From contig NC_058383.1 of the NCBI RefSeq assembly GCF_018350175.1, forward strand, positions 26,786,001-26,850,000: a stretch of 64,000 nucleotides of DNA. Direction: 5' to 3'. Origin of the DNA: Felis catus. Taxonomy: Eukaryota. Position numbers and translations under genes: made by a program. Position 1 is the first letter of the stretch. Each line of letters begins with the position of its first letter. The notes under the pieces are model-generated. The model ran no database searches. It saw nothing but the letters and a program-made list of their open reading frames with translations, and was not told the DNA's origin. Shown here piece after piece: positions 49,816 to 63,117 of this stretch.

Positions 49816-52800
49816 ATTTTTTTAAATTTACATCCAAGTTAGTTAGCTTATAGTGCAATAATGATTTCAAAAGTAGTTACCAGTGATTCATCCCCTATGT
49901 ATGACACCCAGTGCTCATCCCAGCAGGTGTCTTCCTTAATACCCCTTAGCCGTTTGGCCCATCCCCCCTCCCACAACCCCTCCAGCAACCCTCAGTTTGT
50001 TCTCTGTATTTAAGGGTCTCTTATGTTTTGTCCCCTTCCTTGTTTTTACCTTATTTTTACTTCCTTTCCCTTATGTTCATCTGTTTTGTGTCTTAAATTC
50101 CTCATATGAGTGAAGTCATAGATTATTTGTCTTTCTCTAATTGTGCTTAACATAATACCCTCTAGTTCCATCCACATAGCTGCAAAAAGCAAGATTTCAT
50201 TCATTTTGATTGTCAAGTAATACTCTATTGTGTATATATACCACCACTTCTTTATCCATTTATCCATCGATGGACATTTGGGCTCTTTCCATACTTTGGC
50301 TATTGTTGATAGTGCTGCTATAAACATGGGGATGCATGTGCCCCTTTGAAACAGCATCCCTGTATCCCTTGGATAAATACCTAGTAGTGCAATTGTTGGG
50401 TCATAGGGTAGTTCTATTTTTAAAATTTTGAGGAACCTCCATACTGTTTTCCAGAGTGGCTGCACCAGTTTGCATTCCCACCAGCAGTGCCAAAAAGATC
50501 CTCTTTCTCTGCATCCTCATCAACATCTGTTGTTTCCTGAGTTGTTAATGTTAGCCATTCTGACAGGTGTGAGGTGGTTTTGATTTGTATTTCCTGGATG
50601 ATGAGTGATGTTGAGCATTTTTCATTTGTCAGTTGGCCATCTGGATGTCTTCTTTGGAGAAATGTCTGTTCATGTCTTTTGCCCATTTCTTCACTGGATA
50701 ATTCATTTTTTTTGGGTGTTGAATTTGATAAGTTCTTTGTAGATTTTGGATACTAACCCTTTATCTGATATGTCACTTGCAAATATCTTCTCCCGTTTCG
50801 TTGGTTGCCTTTTAGTTTTGCTGATTGTTTCCTTTGCTGTGCAGAAGCTTTTTATTTTGATGAGGTCCCAATAGCTCATTTTTGCTTTTGTTTCCCTTGC
50901 CTCCAGAGACGTGTTGAGTAAGAAATTGCTGTGGCCAAGATCAAAGAAGTTTTTGTCTGCTTTCTCCTCGAGGATTTTGATGGCTTCCTGTCTTACATTT
51001 AGGTCTTTCATCCATGTTGAGATTATTTTTGTGTATGGTGTAAGAAAGTGTTCCAAGTTCATTTTTCTGCATGTTGCTGTCCAGTTTTCCCAGCACCACT
51101 TGCTGAAGAGACTGTCTTTATTCCATTGGATATTCTTTCCTCCTTTGTCAGAGATTAGTCGGCAATACATTGTGGGTCCATTTCTGGGTTCTCCATTCTG
51201 TTCCAATGAACTGAGGGTCCTTTTTTTCTGTGCCGGTACCATACTGTCTTGATGATGACAGCTTTGTAATACATCTTGAGGTCAGGATTGTGATGCCTCC
51301 AGCTTTGGTTTTCTTTTTCAAGATTGCTTTGGCTATTTGGGGTCTATTCTAGTTCCATACAAATTTGAGGATTGTTTGTTCTAGCTCTGTGAAGAATGCT
51401 CATGTTATTTTGACAGGGATTGCATTGAATATGTAGATTGCTTTGGGTAGTATTGATATTTTAACAATATTTGTTCTTCCAATCCAGGAGATGGAATATT
51501 TTTCCATTTTTTGTGTGTCTTCTTCAATTTCTTTCATAAGCTTTCTATAGTTTTCAATGTATAGATTTTTCACCTCTTTGGTTAAGTTCATTCCTAGGTA
51601 TTTTATAGTTTTTGGTGCAGTTGTAAATGGGGTTGATGCCTCAATTTCTCTTTCTGTTGCTTCATTATTGGTGTATAGGAATGCAACCTATATCTGTGCA
51701 TTGATTTTATATCCTGTGACTTAGCTGAATTCATGGATCAGTTCTAGCAGTTTTTTGATGGAGTATTTTGGGTTTTCCATATAGAGTATCATGTTTTTTG
51801 CAAAGAATGAAAGTTTGACTTCCTCCTTGCCAGTTTGGATGCCTTTATACCTTTGTGTTGTCTGATTGCTTAGGCTAGGACTTCCAATACTATGTTGAAT
51901 AATAGTGGCAAGAGTGGACATCCCTGTTGTGTTCCTGACGTTAGGGGGAGAGCTCTCAGTTTTTCCCCACTGAGGATAATATTAGCAGTGAGTCTTTCAT
52001 ATATGGCTTTTATGATCTTGAGATATGATCTTTCTATCCCTCCTTTCTTGAGGGTTCTTATCAAGAAGGGATGCTGTATTTTGTCTAACGCTTTCTCTGC
52101 ATGTATTGAGAGGATCATGTGGTTCTTGTCCTTTCTTTATTGATGTGATGAATCACATTGATTATTTTGCTGATATTGAACCAGCCCTGCATCCCTGGTA
52201 TAAATCCTACTTGGTCATGGTGATTAATTATTTTAATGTATTATTGGATCCAGTTGGCTAATATCTTGTTGAGGATTTTTGCATCCATGTTAATCAGGGA
52301 AATTGGTCTATAGTTCTCCTTTTTAATGGGGTCTTTGTCTGGTTTTGGAATCAAGGGAATTCTGACTTCATAGAAAGAGTTGGGAAGTTTTCCTTCCATT
52401 TCCATTTTTTTGGAACAGCTTCAAAAGAATAGGTGTTAACTTTTCTTTAAATAAAATGTTTGGTAGAATTCCCCTGGAAAGCTATCTGGCCCTGGACTCT
52501 TGTTTTTTGGGAGGTTTTTTATTACTAATTCTATTTCTTTACTGGTTATGGGTCTGTTCAAATTTTCTATTTGTTCTTGTTTCAGTTTTGGTAGTTTATA
52601 TGTTTTTAGGAAGCTGGCCATTTCTTCCAAATTGCCCACTTTATTGGCATATAATGCTCATAATAGTCTCTTATTATTGTTTGTATTTCTGCAGTGTTAT
52701 GATCTCTCCTCTTTCATTCTTAATTTTTTTATTTGGGTCCTTTTTTCTTTTTGATCAAACTGGCTAGGGGTTTATCAATGTTGTTAATTCTTTCAAAGAA

Positions 52801-53449
52801 CCAGCTTCTGGTTTCATTGATCTGTTCTATTTTTTTCGTTTCAATGGCATTGATTTCTGCCCTAATCTTTATTATTTTCTGTCTTCTGCTGGTTTTGGGT
52901 TTTAGTTGCTGTTCTTTTTCCAGCTCTTTAAGGTGTAGGTTAGGTTGTGTATCTGAGACCTTTCTTCCTTCTTTACGAAAGTCTGGATTCCTATATGCCT
53001 GCGTCTTATGACTGCCTTTGTTGCGTCCCAGAGGTTTTGGGCTGCGGTGTTAGCATTTTCATTGTCTTCCATGTACTTTTTAATTTTCTCTTTAACTTCT
53101 TGGTTAGCCCGTTCATTCTTGAGTAGGATGTTCTTTAGTTTCCAACTGTTTGCTGTCTTTCCAGATTTTTTCTTGTGGTTGATTTCAAATTTCATAGCAT
53201 TGCGGTCTGAAAATATGCATGGTATGATCTTGATCTTTTTGTACTCATGAAGGGGTAATTCGTGACCCAGTATGTGATCTATTCTAGAGAATGTTCCATG
53301 TGCACTGGAGAAGAATGTATATTCTGCTGCTGTAGGATGAAATGTTCTGAATATATCTGTTAAGTCCATCTGGTCCAGTGTGTCCTTCAAAGCCATTGTT
53401 TCCTTGTTGATTTTCTATTTAGATGATCTGTCCATTGCTGTAAGTGGGG
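49816..53449 (-). mobile_element. 3.6-kb 5'-truncated felid LINE-1; ORF2 (partial endonuclease, RT, C-terminus) broken by stops and frameshifts
   Basis: Peptides [75 protein letters not shown] aagtacataaat (49804-49815, 53450-53461). Confidence 0.96.
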
Positions 53450-53907
53450 AAGTACATAAATTTTAAGCATCCAACATATAGTGAATTTTTACTTATTTCT
53501 CTGTGTAGCCACCACCTAGATCAAGATAAACCACATTTCCAGAAACTCCCTGCCCTTCTTGACCTTTTCCAGGCAATGCTCACCTCCCTGCCTCCTTGGT
53601 CCCATGGTTCCATTATTCTGGGTCCTCTCACCATAGATTCCATGATTTTGAACTTAATATAAATGACTCCGATGGAAAATCCCTAAAGGTCTAGCTTCTT
53701 TTATTCAGAAAGAATAAATGTGAGATCCATTTATGTGAGATCCATCTAGGGACCTCTAACTATATGTTATACTATATAGGTAGCTATATTCTTTGTTACT
53801 GCTGTGTAATATTCCATTTTAAGTGATACCACAATTTATCCACTGATGAACTTCTGAGTTGTTTCCAGCTGTTAGCTATCATGAATGAATAAAGAACAAA
53901 CATTCTT

Positions 53908-54136
53908 TTTTTTTTTTTTTAATTTTTTTTTCAAGATTTATTTATTTTTGGGACAGAGAGAGACAGAGCATGAACGGGGAAGGGGCAGAGAGAGAGAGGG
54001 AGACACAGAATCGGAAACAGGCTCCAGGCTCTGAGCCATCAGCCCAGAGCCTGACGCGGGGCTCGAACTCACGGACCGCGAGATCGTGACCTGGCTGAAG
54101 TCGGACGCTTAACCGACTGCGCCACCCAGGCGCCCC
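53908..54136 (-). mobile_element. Can-SINE, youngest subfamily
   Basis: Perfect 18-bp TSD taaagaacaaacattctt. Confidence 0.96.
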
Positions 54137-54259
54137 TAAAGAACAAACATTCTTGAGGATGTCTTTTGGTGAATAGGTGCTCATTTCTCTTGGATTTCTG
54201 TCCTTTGTGTGTGTCTGTACATATTAAGTGTGGAATGTACTTTCTAGGAAATTGAGTTC

Positions 54260-55232
54260 ACATCATACCTATTTCTCTATCTCCCCTGTCTAGCACTACT
54301 CATTTCTATATCCTGATTGATCGTAGGAATCCAAGGTCTTCTAGGAAATAAGCCTGGTTTGGCAACCCTGACAAGCTCAGGCACTGGCTGGGGGCAGCCT
54401 GTGGGAAGCAACATGGCCGCATGTTCTGGATAATTCTTTAAATTCTTTAGGTATATAGTCTCTTTCCTCCTTCATCAAGCCCAGCATATATCCTGGGATT
54501 TAGCCCTGGTTATTACTGTCCTGGCATCCAGGACAGGAAGTGGGAGCAGCTCCTGAGCAGGAGTACGTGTTGCCTCATCAGGGAGAAACTTCTGCAGTGT
54601 TCTCCAGCGTAGTGGAGCTCTTCCTAGGGAAGGGCGGGCCACCCTGCAAACCCACAGAGTCCAGGGGTGCTTGTAGAGTCCATATCCTCCATAACCTCAT
54701 GGGAATGTATCCAGCTGTCTCTGTCCCATGTTTCATGATCCTAGCTTTTCCCAACCAGGTCCCTAACTTCCACATGATAGACCTACCCTGGACCCAGCAC
54801 TCAAACGTCTCTGGAGGTCTGCAACTCTGTAACAGTCAGGTCATATGTCCGCTGCTCAGCTGTGTCTTCTCTTCCCTTGTAGAAGACAAAGTCCCCTTTC
54901 ATCAGCTACCACAGAAGCTCCCTGGGTTTCACACTTTGCCATGAACTATTTGTTAACAGCCTCAGTCTCTCATTATTCTTCTGCAGGACATCAGTACAAC
55001 TTCTTAGTAACCAGCCAACTCTGCTGACTTGTAAACATTGCTGGCCCCATTTATCAGCACTTCCTTCCCCTGGGACATTTTCCCAGGTCACCACCAGTGA
55101 AATGCTCAGCAGTTAAGCCACCACTTTGTGGTTCATCTACCAATAAGGAGGGCATCTTTCTCACCTGCCAGGCAGCAGGTGAGACAGTCTCAAATCCCCA
55201 TCTTACTGCTCAGGCTACTTCTGGCCTCTCTT
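54260..55232 (-). mobile_element. ERVL-class internal (leader/gag) remnant
   Basis: Minus-strand MKEERDYIPKEFKEL (54431-54475) and VLDRGDREI resemble ERVL gag motifs; abuts an LTR16-like LTR. Confidence 0.6.
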
Positions 55233-55667
55233 GTGTTCATTCAAGTCCTCCAAGGAGCAGGCGCCTAGACAGGATGAAAGATTTCATTAGTGGACTTGCA
55301 CGTAGAAGAAACAAGTGGAGTTAGAGAGAGGGGAGCCTTCAGGCCACAGTGCAAGTCTGACCCCCAGAGAAGGAGAGAGAGACGGAAGGTTGGATGGAAG
55401 CATCCTAGACTGTCATGCAGTCCAAGGAAGATTCCCAAGGCCGTCAGGGAATTCTTGAGTCAATGTTGGCTCCCAGAGAAGCCTCATGTGCCCCAGGATG
55501 GGCCTGTCTCGGATCCTGCTGCTCCCAGTCTTTGGTTAAATGCAGCCCTTGGGACCGGTGGCCTCCACACAACATAGTGCTAGCTTTCCAATGGCAGCAT
55601 TCCGGCTCTTGGTCAATTAAGCTCCCTTTGGCTGGAGGTCTGTAAGGTGCATTTGCCTGGTCACCAA
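55233..55667 (-). mobile_element. LTR16-like ERVL LTR
   Basis: ggggagccttcaggccacagtgcaagtctgacc...gaaggagagagag motif. Confidence 0.6.
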
Positions 55668-56406
55668 AAACGGGATCAGCATCATATCCAGAATAAAGCA
55701 TCCATAAGACTTAGCTACAGTTACTAACCATTTCCTCATATCTCTCTAACATTTAGGCTGTTTTAAATTTTTACTCTCATAAACAACTCTGTTCTGAACA
55801 TTGAGTGATTCATGGTTTCCTGAGAATAGATTCCTGGAATGGTGGGGTGAGAGAGGGAGAGAGGCTAACAGTCTCCACACAGGCTTGCCAACTGCCCTCT
55901 TGAAAGGCAGGGTCCATTCACACTCCCCAGTCTGGAGTATGAAGTGCCTGCTCCCTCTAACCCATTCAAGATGCTTCTGTGCTCTGGGCACGTAAAATGT
56001 CACGCTGCACGGTGGGAGAGGACTTGCTAGGATTAGTGACGTGAGCCGGTGGGAAAAGGAGAAAGGCAGAATGATTAGTTTAGCACAGGATGGTTTGGAT
56101 GTGGGCTTCCTGGAGCCCAACGTTTAGGTTGAGGGAGGCGTGGATTGTCTACTCTCCTTGCGCCAACCTTACATTAGGTTCTTAGTCCACCAAACCATTG
56201 TCTTGTATTTACACTTGATTTTTGGAGAAAGAGATCAACAGATGAAGAGCTACTGAGGGGCACACTGTGTGAATGTCAGTGTGGGACAGTGGGAAGAGCC
56301 CCGGATTTAGAACCCAATGGACATGGGGTTGGATTCTGGTCTGCAGGTAGATTGCTGAACTGCCCTGAGCCCCCATCTGTAAAAGTAGCAGCAACTGAAA
56401 GTAGGC

Positions 56407-56900
<494 letters not shown>

Positions 56901-57331
56901 TGTTTTCTATTACCCTTCCTTAACAAAACCCCATCTCCCTTTTGGGGAACTCTCATGTCTCTATTTTGATGCAGTCACTAGGGCAATAACCACAAGCCCC
57001 GCCCTCCTACTTCAGAAGTTGAAAGGGTTCCTTTGGAATCCCTTCTGCAGATGCTTTCTTTCAATATTAGGGAACAGACAAGGAGAGGGCATGTGACCTA
57101 GGAGCAGAAAGACACAGTCACAAGATTCCATGGGTGCAGTTCAGTCTAGTTGGGGAAGGGCACTTAGGAGATAACTATGAATGATTTCTTCTACCAGGAA
57201 CACTTCTTCTAGTAAATTCCTTGTCTGCTTATGTCATTTTCAGTTACTTGTAACTAAAGACTGCCACCCCCCCAAACTGGTAAATAGCTATGCTCTCAGT
57301 TTTTTGATTTTTGTGGGATATTGCCTCCTCA

Positions 57332-58180
57332 TACTCCCTCTCCTCCCCCTCTTTCTCCTCCTCCCCCCTCTTTCTCCTCCTCCCCCCTCTTTCTCCTCCT
57401 CCCCCCTCTTTCTCCTCCTCCCCCCTCTTTCTCCTCCTCCCCCCTCTTTCTCCTCCTCCCCCCTCTTTCTCCTCCTCCCCCCTCTTTCTCCTCCTCCCCC
57501 CTCTTTCTCCTCCTCCCCCCTCTTTCTCCTCCTCCCCCCTCTTTCTCCTCCTCCCCCCTCTTTCTCCTCCTCCCCCCTCTTTCTCCTCCTCCCCCCTCTT
57601 TCTCCTCCTCCCCCCTCTTTCTCCTCCTCCCCCCTCTTTCTCCTCCTCCCCCCTCCTTCTCCTCCTCCCCCCTCTTTCTCCTCCTCCCCCCTCTTTCTCC
57701 TCCTCCTCCTTCTCTTCCCCTTCCTCCTCCCTCTTCATCCTCCTCCCCCTCTTCCTCCTCTTCCCCGCCTTCCTCCCCCTCCTCCTCTTCTTCCTTTTCC
57801 TCTCCCTCCCCCTCCCCTTCACCCTCCTGTTTCCTTCACCCGTCCTCCCCTTCTCCTCCTCCCTCTCCCTCTCCTCCTCCCTCTCCTCCTCCCTCTCCTC
57901 CTCCCTCTCCTCCTCCTCCCTCTCCTCCTCCTCCCTCTCCTCCTCCTCCCTCTCCTCCTCCTCCCTCTCCTCCTCCTCCCTCTCCTCCTCCCTCTCCTCC
58001 TCCTCCCTCTCCTCCTCCTCCCTCTCCTCCTCCTCCCTCTCCTCCTCCTCCCTCTCCTCCTCCTCCCTCTCCTCCTCCTCCCTCTCCTCCTCCTCCCTCC
58101 TCCTCCCTCTCCTCCTCCCTCTCCTCCTCCCTCTCCTCCTCCCTCTCCTCTTCTTTTTCCTCCTCTTCCTCCTTTTCCTT
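57332..58180. repeat. Homopyrimidine minisatellite: 18 copies of 19-bp ctttctcctcctcccccct (57351-57692), then 15- and 12-bp CCT-based units
   Basis: Unit phase tracked by position; one variant unit at 57655. Confidence 0.95.
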
Positions 58181-58189
58181 CACATTTTT

Positions 58190-58291
58190 AAGTTAAAAAA
58201 ATAATTTTAGAGAGTGTGAGTAGGGGAGAGGGACAGAGAGAGGCAGAGGGAGGGAGAGGGAAGGAGGGAGGGAGGGAGGGAGGGAGGGAGG

Positions 58292-58338
<47 letters not shown>

Positions 58339-58470
58339 TGAATGAATGAATCCCAAGCAGGCTCCACGCTCAATGTGGAGTCTGACACAGGGTTCAGTTC
58401 CACACACGGGGATCATGACCTGAGCCAGAATCAAGAGGTGGACACTCAACTGACTGAGCTGCCCAGGCCC
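58190..58470 (-). mobile_element. Older Can-SINE with expanded (GGGA)n(GA)n(TGAA)n
   Basis: SINE head and body. Confidence 0.88.
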
Positions 58471-59197
58471 TCCTCTCCTTTCCATTCTTTAGTGAGAGTG
58501 CACATTACCTCAACCAGAGTCCAGAAAGCCTGAGGTTAGCGAGGCATGTGTGTTGGGGAGGAATCTTTATTTTCAGTTTTCTTCCTTTTCTTCCATCCTA
58601 CAATTTCTGCCTCCTTATTTTTGCTAGCAACTGTCCTATTCCTCCAACAGCATTTTTTTTTATGTACAAAATGCTTTATAAGCATGGTATAATTATCCAT
58701 ACTGATATGCTGTGCTGTAGAACTTTGGAGAACAGACAATATAAATTGAAAAGAGCTGGGAATTAACTTATCTGTTTTGAAGAGATGTGGAGGGTGTGTG
58801 TGTGTGTGGGGGGGGTGTTGATTGTGGCTCAAAAATGGGTTCTAACTGCTATTTTTATTGTTGGCTTAACTGATTGTACCTTGAGTTCTTTACCCTTCAT
58901 TTCTTTTCTAAGTGACTTGGTAAATGGTGTATTTGACTCCACCCCAAATATATTTACTCAAACATTTAAAATACATCTACATACTCACGTAGCTGGGTGA
59001 TTTGGGAAACACCAAAAACCCAAAAGAATTCCAGTTTTACTGAAAATATTGAGACTTATGTACCCTCTGGCAAGGAAGGTGGTTGAAAATCTGAGTAATT
59101 CTTTTATATACTGAACTACTCCTGTTAGACTGAATACAAAGTTACATCTATAGTATGGTGATTAAGGGAATTGGGAATTGGCTTTGGAGTTAGAACT

Positions 59198-59393
59198 TTT
59201 TTTTTTTTAAGTTGATTTATTTTTGAGAGAGAGTGTGAATGGGGTAGGGCCAGAGATGGGGGTGGGGGTAGGATCTGAAGTGGGCTCCACACTGATAGCA
59301 GCAAGCCCCATGCAGGGCTTGAACTCAGGAGCATTCAAATCATGACCTGAGCCGAAGCTGGACACTCGACTGACTGAGCCACCCAGGCGCCCC
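59198..59393 (-). mobile_element. Can-SINE
   Basis: Head ends ccaggcgcccc; flank taga(a/g)ctt duplicated. Confidence 0.9.
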
Positions 59394-59422
59394 TAGAGCT
59401 TGGTTTAATATTGGTCCTGCCA

Positions 59423-59638
59423 GGGCGCCTGGGTGGCTCAATTGGTTAAGCGTCCGACTTTGGCTCAGGTCATGATGTCACAGTTTGTGGGTTCGAGCCC
59501 CGCGTCGGGCTCTGTGCTGACAGCTCAGAGCCTGGAGCCTGCTTCACATTCTGTGTCTCCCTCTCTCTCTGCCCCTTCCCTGCTCATGCTGTCTCTCTGT
59601 CTCAAAAATAAATACACATTAAAAAAAAATTAAAAAAA
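59423..59638 (+). mobile_element. Can-SINE
   Basis: TSD aatattggtcctgcca. Confidence 0.95.
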
Positions 59639-59739
59639 AATATTGGTCCTGCCACTTACAAGCTATCACTGTAGGAAAATTAGTTTTCTCAACAGCAAAA
59701 TGGAGCAGTGACGCTGTTAGCCTACACTTAGCTTACACC

Positions 59740-60120
59740 ATTCTTGAGACTTCAGAAAATGTCTTGGGGAAGCTTTCCCCAACATGATGCTCCCACCCTG
59801 AGTTTGGGTTAGAGACCCTTGTGATACACATTCAGAGAAGGGTTTTCCTTTTCCCGGAGGTCCCGTTGTGATTGACATGGGTACTTGTTTATTATTATTT
59901 GGTTAAACCCACCCCATTGCCCTACCCCGCAATAGATTAAGTTTCACGAGGTAAGAGCCATCTATGTCTCTGTCCTTCCCCACTGGATTCTCCATGCTTG
60001 GCTTCTGGTTGGCACTCAATACATATTTAATGAAGGAGAGAAGGAAGGAAGGGAGGAAGGAACGAAGGGAGGAATGAAGGGAGGAAGGGAGGAAGCAAGG
60101 GAGAGAGGGAAGGAGGAAGG
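59740..60120 (+). mobile_element. L2 3' end followed by a (GGAA)n-like tract
   Basis: ggcactcaatacatattt...aatgaa terminus. Confidence 0.55.
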
Positions 60121-62349
60121 ATTTCCCATAGAAGATTCACTGAGATCATGCACAGAAACCACAGTATCTGTTACATAGTAAGAACTGAATAAATGTAACC
60201 TCACACAAAGAAGAATGCCAAAAAAAAAAAAAAAAAATACCACCCAAACCATACCAAACTTCTGAACAACCAGAGTACATATCATGAAAGAAATACAATG
60301 TTTATATGTTGTTGTCACCATTAAATGCTGATTTTTCAGGATGAGTCGTGCTCCTGGAATAAGCAGCCATTGATTTCAGTTATTCCAAACAACAAAGGCT
60401 GAATTCTTGTTCATGTGACATTGTCAGTGAAAGTCAAGCTCATGGCTGCTCCCCACTCCCACGACTGCCTTGAAGCAATTAAGTACATAAACATAAACAT
60501 GCTATACACATCGTTTCTACTCAGAGCCCATGGGCTCAGAGTCAGACCGCTCTGTCTCAGCCAGCTCTGGCTGCTACAACAAACTACCAAGTATACACTC
60601 CACGCCTTAAGCTGCAGATTGTTTTTTTCTAACAACCTGGAAAGCACAGACAGCACCGGATCCGCATGAAAAGTGGGGGAGACCCCTGGCTGGGCCACAT
60701 AGGAATACTTTGGTTTCTAATTTGGAGGGATTAGAAAGAGGAGGAGCAAGAGTGAAAGGGGGTGGTCTTGGGAGCTCGGGAGAGCCCCTTCACCCGCTAA
60801 GGTACTTATCTCAATGTGTTAACAGCGCCCGTGGCTGTACAGAGGCATCCTGGTTCATTATCGGCTGTTGGTAGAGCTGGGCCTCGGCTGGCTGTGATTC
60901 TCCCACAGCCGTGTTTCAGACATTTGCTGCGGAGCCTCAGCTTACAGATAAGAGTTCAAGAGAGGTCAGCAGACTTGCACCAGGTCGCACAGTGGAACAG
61001 CGAGAGAACTCCAGACCCCTGACTCCTAGGTCTGCGTGTAAATCAAATCCTCTCTTTCCGTAGCTCCTAGTGCCTTTGGAGAAATGGCAGCCTAGGTCAG
61101 GGACAGAAGCCAGCTGGGAAGCCCCAGCAGGATCCCAAGGGGGCAGGGCTCTGCCTCTACCTTTGCCGTCCTGGCCGGGTGGACAGACCCAAGGCATTCA
61201 AGCATCAGAGGCCTCCGCAGACTATCTGATTCTCGCATTGCCATCCTGACAGTGAAGGCAGAGGGAAGGTGGCCCTTTCTAGAACAGACTGGCCTGGGGG
61301 GGTTGAGCCCCTCAGAAGACCAGATCCAGAAGTGGCCTTTGCCTTGCTCTGCACTTTCTAGCCCAGAAACCAGGTGGCTGAGTCGGCCCTGCATGTGATG
61401 CAAGGCCCTGAAGCGCGAGGATTTGCCAGATCCCAGCACATACCTGTCGTCTTTCCTGATCTGAGAGAGACAGAGACAGGTGAATAGAGAGAAAGAGCAA
61501 GAAATAAAGAGAAGGAGACCGAGCTACAGAGAGAACCGAGCCACTGAGCTAGAGGTGCAAGACAGAAAGGTACATGGCAAGGGGGCCGGAGACTGGTGGA
61601 CATAGAGACAGGGAGTGACAGGCGGGGAGAGGGAGAAACAAAAACAGCGGAAGAGAGGAGAGAGAGTGGTGGATATGGACAGACTGGCTGGTTGGTGTTG
61701 TGCCATCGCACGTGGTGACGTGGGATGGCAGGGGTGATATGCTGGTGACGTGATCATCCGTGTTTATGTATGAAGCCGTGAAGGGCCAGGGAGGCAGAGA
61801 GATGAGAAGCCAGGTGAGGCAGCAGGTGTTGGAGGGCGAAAGACTGGACACGCAGGGCGTCTTCTGGCACATTTGATTCTGTTGGTTACAACAGGAAGCA
61901 GAGATGCGGGCTTGGACCCCCACTGCGCCCCCTCCTGCTCTCCCCACTCTGCCAGACAGCTGTCCCTACCAGGTCCTTGCCTCTGAGCCTTATTTATTGC
62001 TCCAAAATCTGGGGTTGGGAGGAATCCCTGCCAGGATGCTTGGGAGGAAGCTTCCGTGTAAATCCTGGACTTGGCCTCCAGCCATGGCCGCCGAACAGGA
62101 TGATCAGTGGGAGAGCAGACCTTGATTTGTGCCACGGCAGCTTTTTAACACGTGGAGGGCGGTGTTTTATCTGAAATTCTTTCCTGCTACCTAGAGCTTT
62201 AAGTCTTGGCTTTATTCCTTCCCACTGGAGAAATGCTTTTAAAAACCCACACAAATTTCCTAATTCAACTCTGGCTATTTTAACCAGAGTTAAAAGGGCT
62301 CAGTAATAAAGCGGTTCCCGATTATTAAGAATTGCAGGGTTGGGAATGC

Positions 62350-62480
62350 AAGGATTACATCATCCGATCCTCATGCAATGTTATGAGGAAGGCACTCTAA
62401 TTTCCCCCCTTTTACAGGTGGGGGAACTGAGGCTCAGGAAGGGGAAGAAATTTGCCGGGTCCCATGCCTGTATGCGCCAG
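62350..62480 (-). mobile_element. MIR
   Basis: ttttacaggtggggaactgaggctcag core. Confidence 0.75.
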
Positions 62481-62780
62481 AGCCTGACCTGTGTGGCCAA
62501 GTCTCCCAGTCACCGTGTCATCGTGCAAACCCCAACCCCGCTGTACAGACAAAGCATGGAGACTCATCGGGTCTGATAAGTTGCTCAAAGTCCCACTGAC
62601 AGAAAGTTGCAGAATAAGGATGTGTCCTTAGTCCTCTTTGTCTTCTGCTCTTACCTCTTGTGCTTTGGGTTGGAGCCTTTCAGACGCAGAGATTCCCTCG
62701 AGATGTTGTGCTTCATGAAGTCAGGAAACTCAAAACTCCATAGAATGGTCTGTACACTTAAAAATCGGCAAGGTGGGGGA

Positions 62781-62878
62781 GGGGCGCCTGGCTGGCTTAC
62801 TCTGTAGAGCATGCAACTCTTGGTCTCGGGGTGTTAAGTTCAAACCCCACGTTGGGTGTAGAGCTTACTTTTAAAAAT
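62781..62878 (+). mobile_element. Short tRNA-Lys-like Can-SINE
   Basis: ggggcgcctggctggctt...agttcaaaccccacgttgggtgtagagcttact. Confidence 0.8.
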
Positions 62879-62887
62879 AGGTAAGAT

Positions 62888-63117
62888 GGGGCGCCTGGGT
62901 GGCTCAGTCAGTTAAATGTCCAACTTCGGCTCAGGTCATGATCTCACGGCCTGTGGGTTTGAGCCCCATGTCAGGCTCTGTGCTGACAGCTCAGAGCCTG
63001 GAACCTGCTTTGGATTCTGTCTCTCTCTGTCTCTCTCTTTCTCTGCCCCTCCCCCCACATGCTCTGTATCTCTCTCTCTCTCCCTCAAAAATAAATAAAC
63101 ATTAAAACATTTTTAAA
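62888..63117 (+). mobile_element. Can-SINE
   Basis: Full-length head, CT tract and tail. Confidence 0.95.

Noticed and set aside
49816..53449. Reverse-transcriptase/endonuclease ORFs as a gene or active element
   Set aside because: Fragmented, 5'-truncated L1 ORF2; the catalytic FADD region reads FAKN
57181..58204. Long Pro/Leu/Ser-rich and Glu/Gly/Arg-rich ORFs (up to 336 aa)
   Set aside because: They stay open only because C/T-only repeats lack stop codons; the 19-aa periodicity equals three 19-bp units
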